Source: Bacteroidales bacterium (lineage in GTDB: Bacteria > Bacteroidota > Bacteroidia > Bacteroidales > VadinHA17). From it: DNA of 64,000 bases. Both the position numbers and the translations under genes were made by a program. Shown here one piece after another: positions 1 to 8,645 of the stretch; positions within the stretch are counted from its first letter, which is position 1, and each line of letters begins with the position of its first letter. The notes under the pieces are model-generated. The model saw nothing but the letters and a program-made list of their open reading frames with translations. It made no database searches and was not told the origin of the DNA. The stretch is taken from the NCBI GenBank assembly GCA_035527935.1, contig DATKZO010000013.1, positions 6,705 through 70,704 on the forward strand, in the 5' to 3' direction.

Positions 1-1103
1 TGCTCAAGCATAAAATCCACTACAAGAGGGTCTGTGAAATATTGTCCTTTCTTTTCATCAAGATATAGGTCTTTCAGATAGTTTTCATATACATAACCAA
101 AAATTTCGTTCTGCACATTATTAAAATTGTATCGGTTAATAAATTGAAGAATATCTAGCCAAACCGATACATCACCGATTTCATTTTTTGGTTTTGAGAG
201 AATACCTTCAAGATGTGTGTTAATTACTTCCTGCTCATCACTGAAACGCTTATAAATGTTCTGAGAAATTTTCTTGCTAATGCCTTGTATTCTCTGCAAA
301 ATCTCTCCGTAGGATTCTGAATGTAGAGCTTTATCAATGGCTTTTAGACGCTGTTTCCAGTCCTCTTCAAAATCGGCAAATGAATTGTCAACAAGTGTTT
401 TGTAAAGGATGAATTGGATTAGATAAGCGTAAGTAATTTCAACAGCTTTCTTTTCTCTCTCTGTTTCGTCGTTTACTTCTTTAAAATATCCTTTGAGATT
501 GAGTTTGTTTCCAAAATTCTCTATAAGCTTGGAGATGTCTATGAAAAAGTCCTCACGAACTTCATCAAGTGGTGGAATATATTCCTCAAATAATCGTAGT
601 TGCCCTTTTTTCTCAAAGAATGAGAGATAATAATATTCAGGAGTAATATATTCATTCCAGAAGGTTAAAAAGTCAGTTGGATTTTCCAGAACTTTGTCAA
701 TGAAAAATGTTCGCACAACAATAGTGTTATTGTAGAATCTCCACTCATTGCCATCGGTAAGTATGCCGTATTTTTTTACCCAGTCAGCTTGGTAATTGTA
801 AATCTGTCTTAATCCTGCTTTAATGTTTCCATGCTTTTCAACTTCAACAGGTATAATAATATCAGAATCAATAAAAATCACAACATCAGCCCGCCTGCCT
901 TTTTTCTTAGCTTCTTCAAGAAATTCATTTTTCCTTTTAATTTCTTTTGTTGAACCTGTCCCTTCTTTCAGATTGAAAAGCATAGAGCAATGAAAAACTT
1001 TGTTGCAAAATTTTTGAACTCCAGAACCCACTTCAGCAGTGCGGTAAAATTCTTTATCTGCTTTCCAGAGGTCTTTTAATGTATTAATTGTAATTTCAAG
1101 CAT
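1..1103 (-). CDS. Type IIG-like restriction endonuclease / N6-adenine DNA methyltransferase fusion. Only the N-terminal 367 codons are present because the gene runs off the left edge.
   Basis: This ORF is not in the supplied track because it has no stop in the window. Manual translation from the ATG at 1103 gives MLEITINTLKDLWKADKEFY... with no stop down to position 3. A PD-(D/E)xK-like 'ADVVIFIDSD..PVEVEKHG' sits near the N-terminus. At the window edge, 'FGYVYENYLKDLYLDEKKGQYFTDPLVVDFML' resembles the xYFTP..V..M motif that opens gamma-class N6-A methyltransferase domains. Confidence 0.55.
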   Translation of the reverse strand, partial: MLEITINTLKDLWKADKEFYRTAEVGSGVQKFCNKVFHCSMLFNLKEGTGSTKEIKRKNEFLEEAKKKGRRADVVIFIDSDIIIPVEVEKHGNIKAGLRQIYNYQADWVKKYGILTDGNEWRFYNNTIVVRTFFIDKVLENPTDFLTFWNEYITPEYYYLSFFEKKGQLRLFEEYIPPLDEVREDFFIDISKLIENFGNKLNLKGYFKEVNDETEREKKAVEITYAYLIQFILYKTLVDNSFADFEEDWKQRLKAIDKALHSESYGEILQRIQGISKKISQNIYKRFSDEQEVINTHLEGILSKPKNEIGDVSVWLDILQFINRYNFNNVQNEIFGYVYENYLKDLYLDEKKGQYFTDPLVVDFMLE

Positions 1104-1122
1104 AGTTGCAAAAAAGTTAAAG

Positions 1123-1130
1123 CAAATATA
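1123..1130 (-). promoter_or_regulatory. Bacteroidota -7 box, TATATTTG on the minus strand
   Basis: It matches the TAnnTTTG consensus and lies 20 nt upstream of the ATG at 1103. Confidence 0.35.
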
Positions 1131-1417
1131 AAGTAAATATTATGGCTTTATATTACTTTATCTTTTGGAGTTTTCGACAATGAATTGTTTTTATGAATGG
1201 GATAGTATGGCTTTTTTATTAGAACAAAATTTGTTTCAGTAATTACCAACTCGTATAGCCCCCCAAACAATAGATGCAATTATCAATATTCTTGATAGTT
1301 GCTTTTTAATTAAGTGACAGTTTCCCTACATATGTAGAGTATTAGTAAAATATAATAAGGGGTGAGAAAATCACTTTACTTTCGTAATCGGAAATTAGAT
1401 ACTTTCCATTTCATATT

Positions 1418-1636
1418 TCATTTTATCATTAACCTTTCAATTTCGTAGTATGGTATGCTTTCGGCTTGCTGTATTTGTTCCATTATTCGCAAATACTTTT
1501 TGGTAGGTTTTGCAGCATACATTTTTTTGAAATGCTTTTTGTATAGCTGTTCATAAAGCTTGTCGGTTTTGAAGTAAGCCCCCAGTGTTTTATCCAATTT
1601 TCGGTAATGTTTGCTTTTGGTTTGACAGTCATACAT
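1418..1636 (-). CDS. Small lysine-rich hypothetical protein (72 aa)
   Basis: The only support is the ORF itself and co-orientation with the element genes. It overlaps an alternative 66-aa ORF at 1483-1683. Confidence 0.3.
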   Translation of the reverse strand: MYDCQTKSKHYRKLDKTLGAYFKTDKLYEQLYKKHFKKMYAAKPTKKYLRIMEQIQQAESIPYYEIERLMIK

Positions 1637-1692
1637 GCAACCCGTGAACGCTGAACGGTGTTAAAAATAACGTACAATACCAAACCGAAAAC

Positions 1693-2388
1693 TTACTTTT
1701 CCCCTGTCTCAAGTTTCAATATTTCGGGCTTGGGTAAAGCTGCTTTCAAAATGGTTTCAATACTGTTTAATTGTTCAGGGTTGAGATGTTCAATAGTTTC
1801 CTGACTTAATACCATACCATTTATTAGAATGTAGTTGTTTTGGTTTTGTATCAAAATATTGTTTGAAGGTTGCCCGTTCAAATTGCCCATAACATTGAAA
1901 TAAAGTTTTGCTGCCCCAATATCCCCGTTTACTGCAAACTGAAAAACCCTTGCTAATACTTTTGAAGTCATAAACCGGAACTGCTCAACTTGCTGTAAAT
2001 ACTGGGGGTGGTTTATGTATTCTTTAAGGTGCTTATGTATTGTCTGCCTGCTTAATTCCGTTTTGATAGCAATTTCGGTTTTCGTTGGCATACGTCCGTA
2101 TTCCTGCATTAAGGTTGAAATTGCATACGTTATTTGATTGTGGTTACTTTCCCAAAGTTCGTTTTTAGTGATATCGGTTATAACGGGTTCAATCTTTTTC
2201 AAAAATTTATCCCTTCCAGTTCCTTTTAATTCTTTAAACTTTTCAGTAAGAACAGCATTTAAACGGTCTTTTTCCGGATTGCTTAATGATTCAAGGTCGC
2301 TGGGAGTAATTTGTTCAAGGGCAAGTATCTTAACTATTTTGTTTTCTGTTTCTGTAAACTTTTGTAAACCTTTTTGTTTTGCTTTCAT
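1693..2388 (-). CDS. Hypothetical protein with a helix-turn-helix segment (231 aa)
   Basis: 'TKTEIAIKTELSRQTIHKHLKE' looks like an HTH. The start codon is 2 nt from the primase stop at 2390, so the two genes are probably co-translated. Confidence 0.5.
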   Translation of the reverse strand: MKAKQKGLQKFTETENKIVKILALEQITPSDLESLSNPEKDRLNAVLTEKFKELKGTGRDKFLKKIEPVITDITKNELWESNHNQITYAISTLMQEYGRMPTKTEIAIKTELSRQTIHKHLKEYINHPQYLQQVEQFRFMTSKVLARVFQFAVNGDIGAAKLYFNVMGNLNGQPSNNILIQNQNNYILINGMVLSQETIEHLNPEQLNSIETILKAALPKPEILKLETGEK

Positions 2389-2389
2389 A

Positions 2390-3673
2390 TCAATTCAAAT
2401 TATTTTTTATGTACTGTTTTAGCTCCTGTAATCTGTTGAGGTACGGTAAATAAACCCGTTTGCCGTTGTTCGCTTTCACAATAGCTAAATGACTATTAAT
2501 GAATTTTGAAATATCAATTATTTTAGTGCATTGGTTCAGCTTAACGGGTGGGGGTAGTAGTGGAACAGTGTTAAAGAAGTGTTCCAGCTCTGAAATATCC
2601 TGTACCCAGTTTCCCAGCTTTGGCTTTCCGTCTTTCCTGAAATGGTTTGCTGGTTCAATCGGTTCATTTCTTTTCGCCTCAACGAACGGATTAACAGCTG
2701 GGGGCTGTTTGGTGGGTATTGGTTCGGGTCCAGGTAAAATAAATTCCCTGTAATCAAACTTTATTAAATAGTCGGCTAAATCAAAGCCCTGTTTCCTTTC
2801 TGCTTCGGTGGCTTTAAGTTCCAGCAAATCGGAAACGTTGAAACTTGCCAGGTGTGAAAGTTCCTTTGCTTTTATGTTCCATTTTTCAAAGCCGTTCAGG
2901 TCAGGAAATAGTATAACGGTTCGCCCTGCTAATACCTTGCATTTGTCAGCGTTCAAGTTGTTAAGGCTGCCAACTGCTAACCAAATGAACTGGGGGAAAT
3001 ATACGTTGGCAATGATAGCTGTTTTTTCGCTTTCGACTATTGCAACGGGCTTTGTCTTATCCCGTAATAAGTGTTCACCAAATAAACATTGCTTTAACTC
3101 AAATTCAGGCATTTTAAGGGCTTTATGTACCCAGGTAATATGGTTGAACGGCTCTTTAACTCTTTTGCCCGTGGTGGGGCTGTAAAGCATTATTTTGCCC
3201 GTTCTTACCTTCCCTGTAATATCAATTTGCCAAAACACGGTTGCACCGTTCCAATGCGTTGAGGTGGCAATAAAATAACGGCTTATCAGATCCCTGGCAA
3301 CCTCAACCCCAAACAGATCAATAAGGAACTTTATAAAGTGGTTCGGTTCGTGGCTTTGTAAACTGGCTTTGAATATTTCAACCGGAATATAGGTAACGAG
3401 CTTTTGTTGAGGCGCAACAGCGTTCGGTTTGTTGTATGGTTTTGCCTGGGGTGCATCAAATGAAATATTGTTATCCTGAAAATATTGTTTCGGGGCGTAA
3501 TGGTATCCGCAATTACTTTCACGGTTGCACCGGCCAACGGTGGGGGCAAGGTATTTGCCTGTTTCAGTATCAATGTACCGAACAAAGGTTTTGTTCTTTT
3601 GCTGACAGCTGGGGCAAAAATAACGGGTGTTTTGCCCTTTGTATGGTTCTAATATGTATTGGTGTGCGTTCAT
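2390..3673 (-). CDS. Zinc-finger / Toprim primase-like protein of Bacteroidota mobile elements
   Basis: 'YFCPSCQQKNKTF..GRCNRESNCGYHY' is a Cys4-type zinc ribbon. 'VAIVESEKTAII' and 'VILFPDLNG' fit a Toprim E...DxD pattern. I start the gene at MNAHQY (3673). The track ORF extends to 3775 through a tandem-repeat tract. Confidence 0.7.
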   Translation of the reverse strand: MNAHQYILEPYKGQNTRYFCPSCQQKNKTFVRYIDTETGKYLAPTVGRCNRESNCGYHYAPKQYFQDNNISFDAPQAKPYNKPNAVAPQQKLVTYIPVEIFKASLQSHEPNHFIKFLIDLFGVEVARDLISRYFIATSTHWNGATVFWQIDITGKVRTGKIMLYSPTTGKRVKEPFNHITWVHKALKMPEFELKQCLFGEHLLRDKTKPVAIVESEKTAIIANVYFPQFIWLAVGSLNNLNADKCKVLAGRTVILFPDLNGFEKWNIKAKELSHLASFNVSDLLELKATEAERKQGFDLADYLIKFDYREFILPGPEPIPTKQPPAVNPFVEAKRNEPIEPANHFRKDGKPKLGNWVQDISELEHFFNTVPLLPPPVKLNQCTKIIDISKFINSHLAIVKANNGKRVYLPYLNRLQELKQYIKNNLN

Positions 3674-3740
3674 TTTTTTAAAAAATTTATATGCTGCCTT
3701 ATTGTCCTTATTGTCCTTTTGGGGGTATTTCTCAGGTAAA

Positions 3741-3774
3741 AAAGGACGAAAAGGACGAAAAGGACGAAAAGGCA
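3741..3774. repeat. Tandem 9-mer AAAGGACGA, three perfect copies plus a partial fourth
   Basis: Read directly: aaaggacga aaaggacga aaaggacga aaaggca. A second tandem pair, ccttattgt x2, lies at about 3700-3717. Confidence 0.9.
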
Positions 3775-3787
3775 AGTCATTATTAAT

Positions 3788-5248
3788 TTAAATTCGCTTC
3801 TCATAATAACCATGTTTTACATTGGAAAATAATTCCCTTTCAGTGAGAAACCGTCTTACAACTCGTTCGCTTATTTCAAATTGTTTGGCAGTTTGTTGCG
3901 CTAAATCGGTCGTGAAAACTTCCGGCAAGGCATTATAAAAAGCTTGTTTATCGGTTGAAAACTTATCCAATGGGTTACTACTTACAAGTATTGAATAAAC
4001 CTTTACGGATGATAACCTGAAATATTCAATTAATTGTATTGCCCCCTGTACCGCTTCAGTGCTTACCGCTTCTTTATTTCCTTCATTGCAGGCCCAACGC
4101 AACATTTGCAGGATCAAAGCTAATCGAGCTGCATACATATCCAGTTTACTGAAAATTCCGGCTAATGCTTCGCTTTCTGCATTTCTACATTGGTCGGTAT
4201 TTTCTCTTTGCCATTTGTAAAGCAACTTTTTAGCTTCGGGTGTGAAATACAAAACCCCAGGAACGGGGTTTAACGTATCATCCCATTGTACGGGCAAATT
4301 CAAAAGTTCTGAAATAATGGATTTCCAGTTTTGAATAATATCAGGGTTTATTTCTGTTTCACTCCAATACTCTTTTTGTATGTTATCAGGAATTACAAAA
4401 AGGATCCGATCAATAAAGCCGTTTTGCGTTCTGCTTTCCTTTGCCAACTCGTTAAGTATTCCCGTTTGGATTGTGCCGGCAACTGATATAAATGGCACCG
4501 GAATAAATATGGGTTCGTTTGTTTTCCGGTCAATATTTATAGGCTTACTATTAAAGTTGGAAATCCAAAATTCCATTTCAGAACCTTTGTTGTACCGGTT
4601 GAAATTTTTAAACCAGCCGGCCAGCTCGTCACAATAAACCCCGATACCTCTTTTATTGAATTTGTGAACTTCAGCCAGGGCTTCGGGGGTGTAATCCGAC
4701 AAAAGATATTTTTGCCAAATCGGCTTAATCGGTTCGTCAATACCTTGTTGCTGTCTTTCGGCTTTTGATAACTTTACAGCCTTTTCATATTCCTGTCTGG
4801 CTTGTTCGTATTCTCTGTAAGTTTTTTTATCCCGATCAATTATAGGCTGAACCGCAAAGCTCAGGGGGTGGGTTTTATTCGTTCCTGCACGTGCAACAAT
4901 AGCAAGGTATATAACTGCGCTTTCCTGAAAACCCTTCTTAATTTCAACCTTAAACGTGTTACCAATGGCAACCGATGTACTGTAAAGGACTGAGGCCCCT
5001 ATAAAGTCAATCGGGAAATCAAGGTTTTCGTTCGTGGCTCTTATTATTTCCTGAACTGTCACCGGAAAAACCTCAACCGGAAAAATATTATTACCTTGCT
5101 TTAAAAGCTGTTCAAATTCTGTTTTTATTTTCTCAACCCCGATACCGTATTTTTCAGGTTCATAGTTGGGTTTAAGTTCATCTAAAGTTGTATCTTTGTC
5201 TAATCCTTTATGCAAAGAATTATTGGGGGTAATGTTATGTTCCTGCAT
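3788..5248 (-). CDS. DUF3987 / VirE-like P-loop protein, the putative helicase partner of the primase
   Basis: The protein is 486 aa. 'VARAGTNKTHPLS' is Walker-A-like. The size and the position immediately upstream of a Toprim primase are typical of Bacteroidota integrative elements. Confidence 0.6.
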   Translation of the reverse strand: MQEHNITPNNSLHKGLDKDTTLDELKPNYEPEKYGIGVEKIKTEFEQLLKQGNNIFPVEVFPVTVQEIIRATNENLDFPIDFIGASVLYSTSVAIGNTFKVEIKKGFQESAVIYLAIVARAGTNKTHPLSFAVQPIIDRDKKTYREYEQARQEYEKAVKLSKAERQQQGIDEPIKPIWQKYLLSDYTPEALAEVHKFNKRGIGVYCDELAGWFKNFNRYNKGSEMEFWISNFNSKPINIDRKTNEPIFIPVPFISVAGTIQTGILNELAKESRTQNGFIDRILFVIPDNIQKEYWSETEINPDIIQNWKSIISELLNLPVQWDDTLNPVPGVLYFTPEAKKLLYKWQRENTDQCRNAESEALAGIFSKLDMYAARLALILQMLRWACNEGNKEAVSTEAVQGAIQLIEYFRLSSVKVYSILVSSNPLDKFSTDKQAFYNALPEVFTTDLAQQTAKQFEISERVVRRFLTERELFSNVKHGYYEKRI

Positions 5249-5251
5249 GGC

Positions 5252-5596
5252 TTATCCCCTTTTCTTTTTTGTCAAATACAGTTCAGCTTCGCCGGCTGTT
5301 TCAGCCATTGTTTTTTTTCGTCCTGCTTTCAAATATTCCATTAACTCAATACGGGAAAAATAAAGCCGTTTTGAACGCTTCATTACAGGTAATTCGCCTT
5401 TACTTGTCTTGCTGTAAAGTGTGGGTACAGTAAGATTTAAAAAGTCGGCTGCTTGTTGAATTGTTAAAAACTGGTCGGGTTGTTCTGTGGATTGCTGTTC
5501 GTTTTTTTGAAGTAGCAACCTTTCAATGTTTTCCAGTTTTTTACTTAACTGGCTTACTGCCGTTGGCAGATTTTCAAAGTTTAAATTTTCTGTCAT
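5252..5596 (-). CDS. Excisionase/AlpA-type helix-turn-helix DNA-binding protein
   Basis: 'LTIQQAADFLNLTVPTLYSKTSKGELPVMKRSKRLYFSRIELMEYL' fits the MerR-superfamily excisionase HTH pattern. Confidence 0.7.
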   Translation of the reverse strand: MTENLNFENLPTAVSQLSKKLENIERLLLQKNEQQSTEQPDQFLTIQQAADFLNLTVPTLYSKTSKGELPVMKRSKRLYFSRIELMEYLKAGRKKTMAETAGEAELYLTKKKRG

Positions 5597-5689
5597 ATCA
5601 CAAAGTATTTTTTGGTTTACTTTGCGAAATACAGAAACGGGTTTTCGCTTATTTTACGGGTTTCTTACGTGTTTACGGTAATTACAAGT

Positions 5690-7117
5690 TTATTTGTTTT
5701 TACTTATTAATTGGTCGTAATACTGTGGCTTTTTAGTCTTTTTGAGGTTTTCCAACTTGTCGTTTCGATATTCATAAAAACAACTTTTGATAAGATTAAA
5801 TAAGCTGTCTGGTCTTATTTTGGAGGGATGCAACTCTTTGAAGAAACTCATAAAGGTATAAATCACATTCCCCTTGTTGGTAATTACCTTGTGTATTGGC
5901 TTTGAAATACCAGGTATTACAAAATCATTCTCAAAATACAATGTAACCCAGTTAATCAAATTTTGAAAGTCGGGTTCATTCAAAATCTGCTCATATTTTC
6001 GTGGGTCTTTACCTTGCATAAATGCAAATGCCTTTTCAACCTTTTGTTTTATGGTTTCTGTTTCCTGTAATGTTTCGGGTTTTGTTTCTTTTTGTTGAGG
6101 TGGTAAGGCTTTCAGTAAGGGGGTAATTTCATCAATAAATTTCTTTTCATCATTAAACCATTCCTTTAACATATTTCTGTACCGTTGTTCCTCATTCGGT
6201 GAACTGTTTTTATACCCTTGTTTCAGTTTCAGTTTCCGGCAATTAATTACCAATTCCAGTTTGATTTTATTTACATCAGTAATAAGCCCCTTTTCGTAAA
6301 GTGTTACCCCGTTTATTTGTGTCAAAAGGTTATCGGTTAAATTTATCAATGTTTCAAACAAACTGCTTTTGGTGTGCATTTTTGCTTTTACCATTCCCGA
6401 ATAAATGTTTACTTCCGGCTTTCCGTTCAATATAGGTAACTGCTTTTCAAAATGCTGTTTCAGGTGGCTGAAATAGAATATTTCAAAAGGGAATATTTTA
6501 AGCCATTGTTGGTAAGTGCTTAAAAGAATATTTAAATTCGTTTTCGGGTTTTTATTCGGTGTTTGATATGTATTGAGATATTCCAAAATACGGTTTTTCT
6601 TTTCGGTGGGCATATCTTTATTTTTAATCATATCAGTTATGTAAAAGAAATAATCACTTAAATAAAGCCTTTCACCGCATCCCGTTGGCATTTGTCCGAA
6701 ACTTTCAACCGCCCATTCAATGTGATCGGTTATTTTTTTGTACCAGTTTTCTGAATTGTGGTTATTAATGATATGCTGATTTGTGTAAATAACTTTCTTT
6801 GCAACCATTTCGGGAACATTGACAAAGAAATCCCTATTAAACTCTTTAACTTTTATCAAATTTGAATGGTAGGGGCAACAAAACGGAAAGCCCTTTTTGT
6901 TTTCATTACCTTCAAACTTTTCTTTAAGACGTTTTGTTAATTCGTTCAGGTTCTTTTTGCACTCTATGCATTTATTAAAATCATGTTCGCCTTTGGTTAG
7001 TTCTATTTCAAATGGTAATTCAAAACCGCTTACATTCGCTTCATACCCGATAACCTTACCGCAAAAGTTCACGGGCTTTAATTCGTTTACATAAAATGTA
7101 GTATGTCTTTTTATCAT
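5690..7117 (-). CDS. Hypothetical protein (475 aa) with no family recognised
   Basis: It is a long clean ORF co-oriented between the integrase and the excisionase. It has a Cys cluster, 'CIECKKN' ... 'FPFCCPYH'. Confidence 0.55.
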   Translation of the reverse strand: MIKRHTTFYVNELKPVNFCGKVIGYEANVSGFELPFEIELTKGEHDFNKCIECKKNLNELTKRLKEKFEGNENKKGFPFCCPYHSNLIKVKEFNRDFFVNVPEMVAKKVIYTNQHIINNHNSENWYKKITDHIEWAVESFGQMPTGCGERLYLSDYFFYITDMIKNKDMPTEKKNRILEYLNTYQTPNKNPKTNLNILLSTYQQWLKIFPFEIFYFSHLKQHFEKQLPILNGKPEVNIYSGMVKAKMHTKSSLFETLINLTDNLLTQINGVTLYEKGLITDVNKIKLELVINCRKLKLKQGYKNSSPNEEQRYRNMLKEWFNDEKKFIDEITPLLKALPPQQKETKPETLQETETIKQKVEKAFAFMQGKDPRKYEQILNEPDFQNLINWVTLYFENDFVIPGISKPIHKVITNKGNVIYTFMSFFKELHPSKIRPDSLFNLIKSCFYEYRNDKLENLKKTKKPQYYDQLISKNK

Positions 7118-7174
7118 TTGTCCTTTATGCTTGTGTTTTATTACAAATCTAACTTTATTTTGTCGGCTGCTACA

Positions 7175-8431
7175 TTAATCAAAATCCATCAATGTTTTTG
7201 CAAACTCTTTTTTAATATCACTGTCAAATCCAGCAAAGTAGTTTTGTGTGGTCTGCAAATTCTCATGGCCTAAACTTTCCTGGATAAATTCCATAGTTGC
7301 ACCACGCCGTACAGCATTTGTAGCAAAAGTGTGCCTTGCCCAATAGCTTGAAATCTCCTCTGGCAGATTATTTGCTTTACAAAGTTTCTTTAAGTGCTGG
7401 TTTATGAATCGGGTAAAATTCTTGATTTTTGCCTGTTGCTGTATAGGAGACAACCCTCTGGTTAGAATATTGAAAACAAATCTGTCGGGTTCTTTTATAT
7501 CGTTACCATACTTTTCTATTACACCTGATGAGTATTCATTAAGATATGCACTTATGGGTTTTAAATTGCTTTTTGAAGTATTACGTGTTTTAGCTCTAAG
7601 AAACTCTACTTTATCATCCTTTATGTCCTTATACCTTAACAGAGCAATATCTTTAATATTCATACCATTGCAGAAGTATGAGAAGAACCAGAAGTCTTTT
7701 GCTTTTTGTTGCTCTATGATATCGGTCTGTGAATAAAACAGCACCTTCAACTGTTCCTTAGAAAGTGCTTTCTTCACATTCTTTGAGGCTGGGACCTGAT
7801 ACTTTCTTTTTCCAAAAGGATAATAGTCCCGTTCAATTTCTTTATCGTCGATTGCTTTATTGTAAATTGTCCTCAATACCCTTAGATACATACTTACGGT
7901 TGTTAAGCTCCTCTCTTTATTTTCGGTCATGTAGTATTCATAATCTTTAAGCCAGTTTGGAGTAATATCAAATAAAGTTAATTGTTTGTAATTATTACTA
8001 AGTGAAATTTCAACAAATTCAATAATTGACCGTTGGCTTAACCTATAGGTGCTTGCTGTTCCTATTTGCTTCCTGTCTGATAATTCTTTTATTGCCTTAT
8101 CATAATGATATTTTACATTTATTCCATCACCTTGTTTTCTGTATAGGTGCTTTTCAAACTGCTCAAAGGTAAAAGGGTGTAATTTTTCTGCTACTTTATT
8201 GGCTTTGACCTCTACGGCTTGGAATTGTTTTCTTATTTCTTTGAATTCGCTTCGTGGCTTTGAAGTATTCCAAATGCTGTTAAACTCTTTTTCTGAAAAC
8301 TCAAAAACTGTTGGATACAATTTTTGCTTGCGGGGATTCGATGTATAAACCCTTAACTTAACTGGAAATTTACCACTTGACTTAGCTCTCCTAGCATCTA
8401 AATACAGGGAAATTGAATAATAATGTTTCAT
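7175..8431 (-). CDS. Tyrosine site-specific recombinase (phage-integrase family)
   Basis: The C-terminal catalytic region reads 'YWARHTFATNAVRRGATMEFIQESLGHENLQTTQNYF', giving the R..H..R..H..Y signature. The N-terminal half resembles a SAM-like/arm-binding domain. Confidence 0.9.
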   Translation of the reverse strand: MKHYYSISLYLDARRAKSSGKFPVKLRVYTSNPRKQKLYPTVFEFSEKEFNSIWNTSKPRSEFKEIRKQFQAVEVKANKVAEKLHPFTFEQFEKHLYRKQGDGINVKYHYDKAIKELSDRKQIGTASTYRLSQRSIIEFVEISLSNNYKQLTLFDITPNWLKDYEYYMTENKERSLTTVSMYLRVLRTIYNKAIDDKEIERDYYPFGKRKYQVPASKNVKKALSKEQLKVLFYSQTDIIEQQKAKDFWFFSYFCNGMNIKDIALLRYKDIKDDKVEFLRAKTRNTSKSNLKPISAYLNEYSSGVIEKYGNDIKEPDRFVFNILTRGLSPIQQQAKIKNFTRFINQHLKKLCKANNLPEEISSYWARHTFATNAVRRGATMEFIQESLGHENLQTTQNYFAGFDSDIKKEFAKTLMDFD

Positions 8432-8451
8432 TATACCTCATTATTTATATA

Positions 8452-8459
8452 CAAATTTA
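8452..8459 (-). promoter_or_regulatory. -7 box, TAAATTTG on the minus strand, upstream of the integrase
   Basis: It matches TAnnTTTG and lies 21 nt upstream of the ATG at 8431. Confidence 0.35.
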
Positions 8460-8462
8460 CTA

Positions 8463-8483
8463 ATTTGCATACGATTTGCATAC
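8463..8483. repeat. Tandem ATTTGCATAC x2
   Basis: Read directly: atttgcatac g atttgcatac. It lies between the integrase promoter and the element end. Confidence 0.85.
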
Positions 8484-8600
8484 AATATAACAAAATAAAA
8501 CGATAATAAACAATTAATAATTATATCATATTAATCAATAATACTTATATTTACGTTATAAATAAGCAATAAACAGATAATAAATAGATACTTTAATTTA

Positions 8601-8645
8601 TGCCTTACAAGCAGGGGGTCGCAGGTTCGAATCCTGCACTACCCA
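8601..8645 (+). tRNA. 3' fragment of tRNA-Val(TAC), running from the anticodon loop to the discriminator. It is not an intact gene and probably represents attR.
   Basis: The anticodon loop is cTTACaa. The 3' anticodon stem is gcagg and the variable loop is gggtc. The T arm is gcagg-ttcgaat-cctgc. The acceptor 3' strand is actaccc followed by discriminator A. The required 5' strands (cctgc, gggtagt) are absent upstream, where the sequence is AT-rich element DNA. Confidence 0.65.

Noticed and set aside
3699-3774. CRISPR-like array
   Set aside because: The units are only 9 nt long and directly abutting, with no spacers. The same applies to the repeat at 56352-56396. No cas genes occur in the window.
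8601-8645. Possible intact tRNA gene, or the 3' end of a tmRNA
   Set aside because: The T arm, acceptor 3' strand and anticodon loop are present. The complementary 5' acceptor strand (gggtagt), the D arm and the 5' anticodon stem are absent from the AT-rich upstream sequence. No tmRNA tag ORF or 5' domain is present either. I treat it as a displaced tRNA fragment (att site).
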